Below, one piece after another: positions 61,796 through 64,000 of a stretch of 64,000 nucleotides of DNA. The notes beneath the pieces are model-generated. The model was given only the letters and a program-made list of their open reading frames with translations. It was not told the DNA's origin and searched no databases. The translations under genes and the position numbers were made by a program. Each line of letters begins with the position of its first letter. The stretch's first letter is position 1. This stretch comes from the human T2T-CHM13v2.0 reference genome, Homo sapiens: the NCBI RefSeq assembly GCF_009914755.1, contig NC_060942.1; one strand, written 5' to 3'.

Positions 61796-63517
61796 TAATA
61801 TACAACTTTTAATTTTTGAGATGTTAAAATGGAGGTTTTAGAGAAATGTATAGCATTATATGAATGTATTGGAGAAGCATAAAGATCTAAATAATAATCT
61901 AAGCTTCTACCTTGGGAAACTGGAGAAAGACGAGACATTTAAGTATAAAATGAGCAGAAGAGAACAAATACTATTTAGAGCAAAAATTAGTGAAATTGAA
62001 AACAGGAAAACAGAGAAAAATCAATAAAATCAAGTTGCCTGTTTGAACAGATAAGTAATTCTAAATCTCTAGTCAGGCTAATGAAATAAAGAGATAAGAT
62101 ACCAATTACTAATAACAGAAATGAAAACAGAGTAATAGCTATTGATTCGATGGACATTAAAAGATAATAAAAAAGCATGTTACTAACAGCTCTAAGTTCA
62201 CAAATTTGATAACAGGACAGATTCTCTGAAAAACATGAAACTCATACAAGGAGAAATTGATTATCTAAATAGGTCAATAATTATTGAATGAATTGAATCA
62301 ATAACATAGACCTTACATACTTCATAAAATTGACTCAAAATTGATCATAGCCTTCAATTAAAACAAAGAAATTATAAACTTCTATAATAAAACACAGGAA
62401 AATATGTGACCTTGAGTTTGGTGATATATTTTCGTATATAATAACAAAACCAAAATCCATAAAATTAAAAATATATATATTTTTAATTTTAATATATGTA
62501 TAAGTTGAACTTTATTAAAATTAAAAATTTTTGGTCTGAAAAATACACTGAAAGAGAATGAAAAGAGAAGGGACACATTGGGAGAAAATGTTTGAAAAAG
62601 ACGTATCTGATAAAGAACTTTTATCCAAAATGTACAAAGACCACTTTAAACTCAATATTATAAACAAAAACCCAGTTACGAAATGAGCCTAAGATCTGAA
62701 CAGACACTGTACCAGAGAAGATATATAGAAGGCAATAAACACGTAAAAACATGCTTATGAGCATGCATCATGAGATAATTGCAAATGAAAGCAGCAACAA
62801 AATACACATTTATTAGAAGGGTAAAAATTCAATAACTGACAATGGCAGTTGCTGGCAAGGATGTGGAATAAAGGAGCTCTCCTTTATTGCTGGTGGGAAT
62901 GCAAAGTGGTACAGCCACTGGGAGGACAGTTCAACAGTATCTTACAACAAATAAACCTAGGCTTATCTTACTAAACAATCCAGCAATCACTCTCCTAGGT
63001 ATTTGCCCAACTGACTAAAAAACTTGTGTTCACACAAAAAACTACACAGGATTGTTATAGCAGTTTTATTCATAATTGCTCCAAACTGGCTGTAACCAAG
63101 GTATCCATCAACAGATGAATGGATAAACAAACTGGCTCATCAGTTCAAGGAGGTGCCTAAGAAAGCCACAGACTCTATGATTTCAATGATCATACATTCT
63201 GGAAACAGTAACACTATAAAAATGATTAAAGAATTAGAGGTTGACAAGGCTTCAAGTAGTGTGGGGGTGGGGGGAAGACTATACATATAGCTCAGGGAAT
63301 TTTTGAGGGTGATGTACCTATTCAGTATGATACTGTTATGTTGATGTGTGCTACTATACATTTCTCAGTAGCTATAGAATTTTACAGCATAAGGAGTGCG
63401 CCTTAATGTATGCAAAATTAAAAAACAAGATCACAGGATGAAATGCAGAGTGTGATAAAATGAAACAATCTAATTGTATAAGAAACATTTAAAATGACTT
63501 CACTGAAGGAGGTGGGG

Positions 63518-63955
63518 TGAAAGAGTGAATTATATCCTCCCCAAAAAGAAATGTTGAAGTCCTAACCCCACTAACGCAGAAAGGGATATTATTCGGATAA
63601 TTGCAGGTGCAATTAGCAAATGTTACATCATGCTGAAGTAGGGTGTGTAATCCAGTGTAATTAGTGTCCTTCTAAGAAGATGGCCCTGTAAAGATAGATG
63701 CAGGGGAAATGCCATGTGGAGATGAGGATTGTAAGAACGCGTTTATAAGTCAAAGTTTACCAAAGCTTACCAACAAACCATCAGAGCTTAGAAGAGTCAA
63801 AGAAGGGTTCTCCTACTGGTTTCAGAGGGAGTATGGCCCCACTGATACCTTGATTTTGGACTGCTAGACTCTAGAATTGCATGTCAATACATTTCTGTTG
63901 TTTTAAGCCATCTAGCTTGTGGCACTTTGTTATAGCAGTCCTAGGAATTATTATA
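63518..63955 (+). mobile_element. MLT1B/C MaLR LTR
   Basis: gaattatatcctccccaaaa..gttgaagtcctaacccc..accttgattttggac..catttctgttgttttaagcca..ctttgttatagcag. Confidence 0.8.
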
Positions 63956-64000
63956 CTCCTCCAAACCCACAAATGCAGTGTAATAGTGTGATAAACATTA

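Overview
AT-rich, CpG-depleted, repeat-dense primate (human-like) genomic DNA from an intergenic or deep intronic region. It contains no prokaryotic system, no CRISPR array, and no intact protein-coding gene that I can support. The long ORFs are LINE-1 remnants, Alu/L1 antisense frames or chance frames. Roughly half or more of the window is transposon-derived: a full-length L1PA5/6-like element (25580-31711), a 3.2-kb L1PA4-like element, a deeply nested L1MC/L1PA8/MLT1/Alu stack (50110-64000), ten Alus plus a FLAM, several MaLR and ERV1 solo LTRs, MADE1/MADE2 MITEs, and MIR/L2 relics. The most interesting signal is a ~2.2-kb decayed, apparently intronless coding fossil on the minus strand (~18700-20875). 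By eye it reads as a compact two-VWA-domain protein of the VWA3A/VWA3B type, broken by an MSTA LTR and a 173-bp duplication. Also notable: two local templated insertions of unique DNA into old transposons, an open 153-codon L1 ORF0 frame, a twin-primed L1 inserted into another L1, and a ~70-bp micro-L1 with a perfect 16-bp TSD. Subfamily names and protein similarities come from my recollection of consensus/family sequences and need RepeatMasker/tblastn confirmation.
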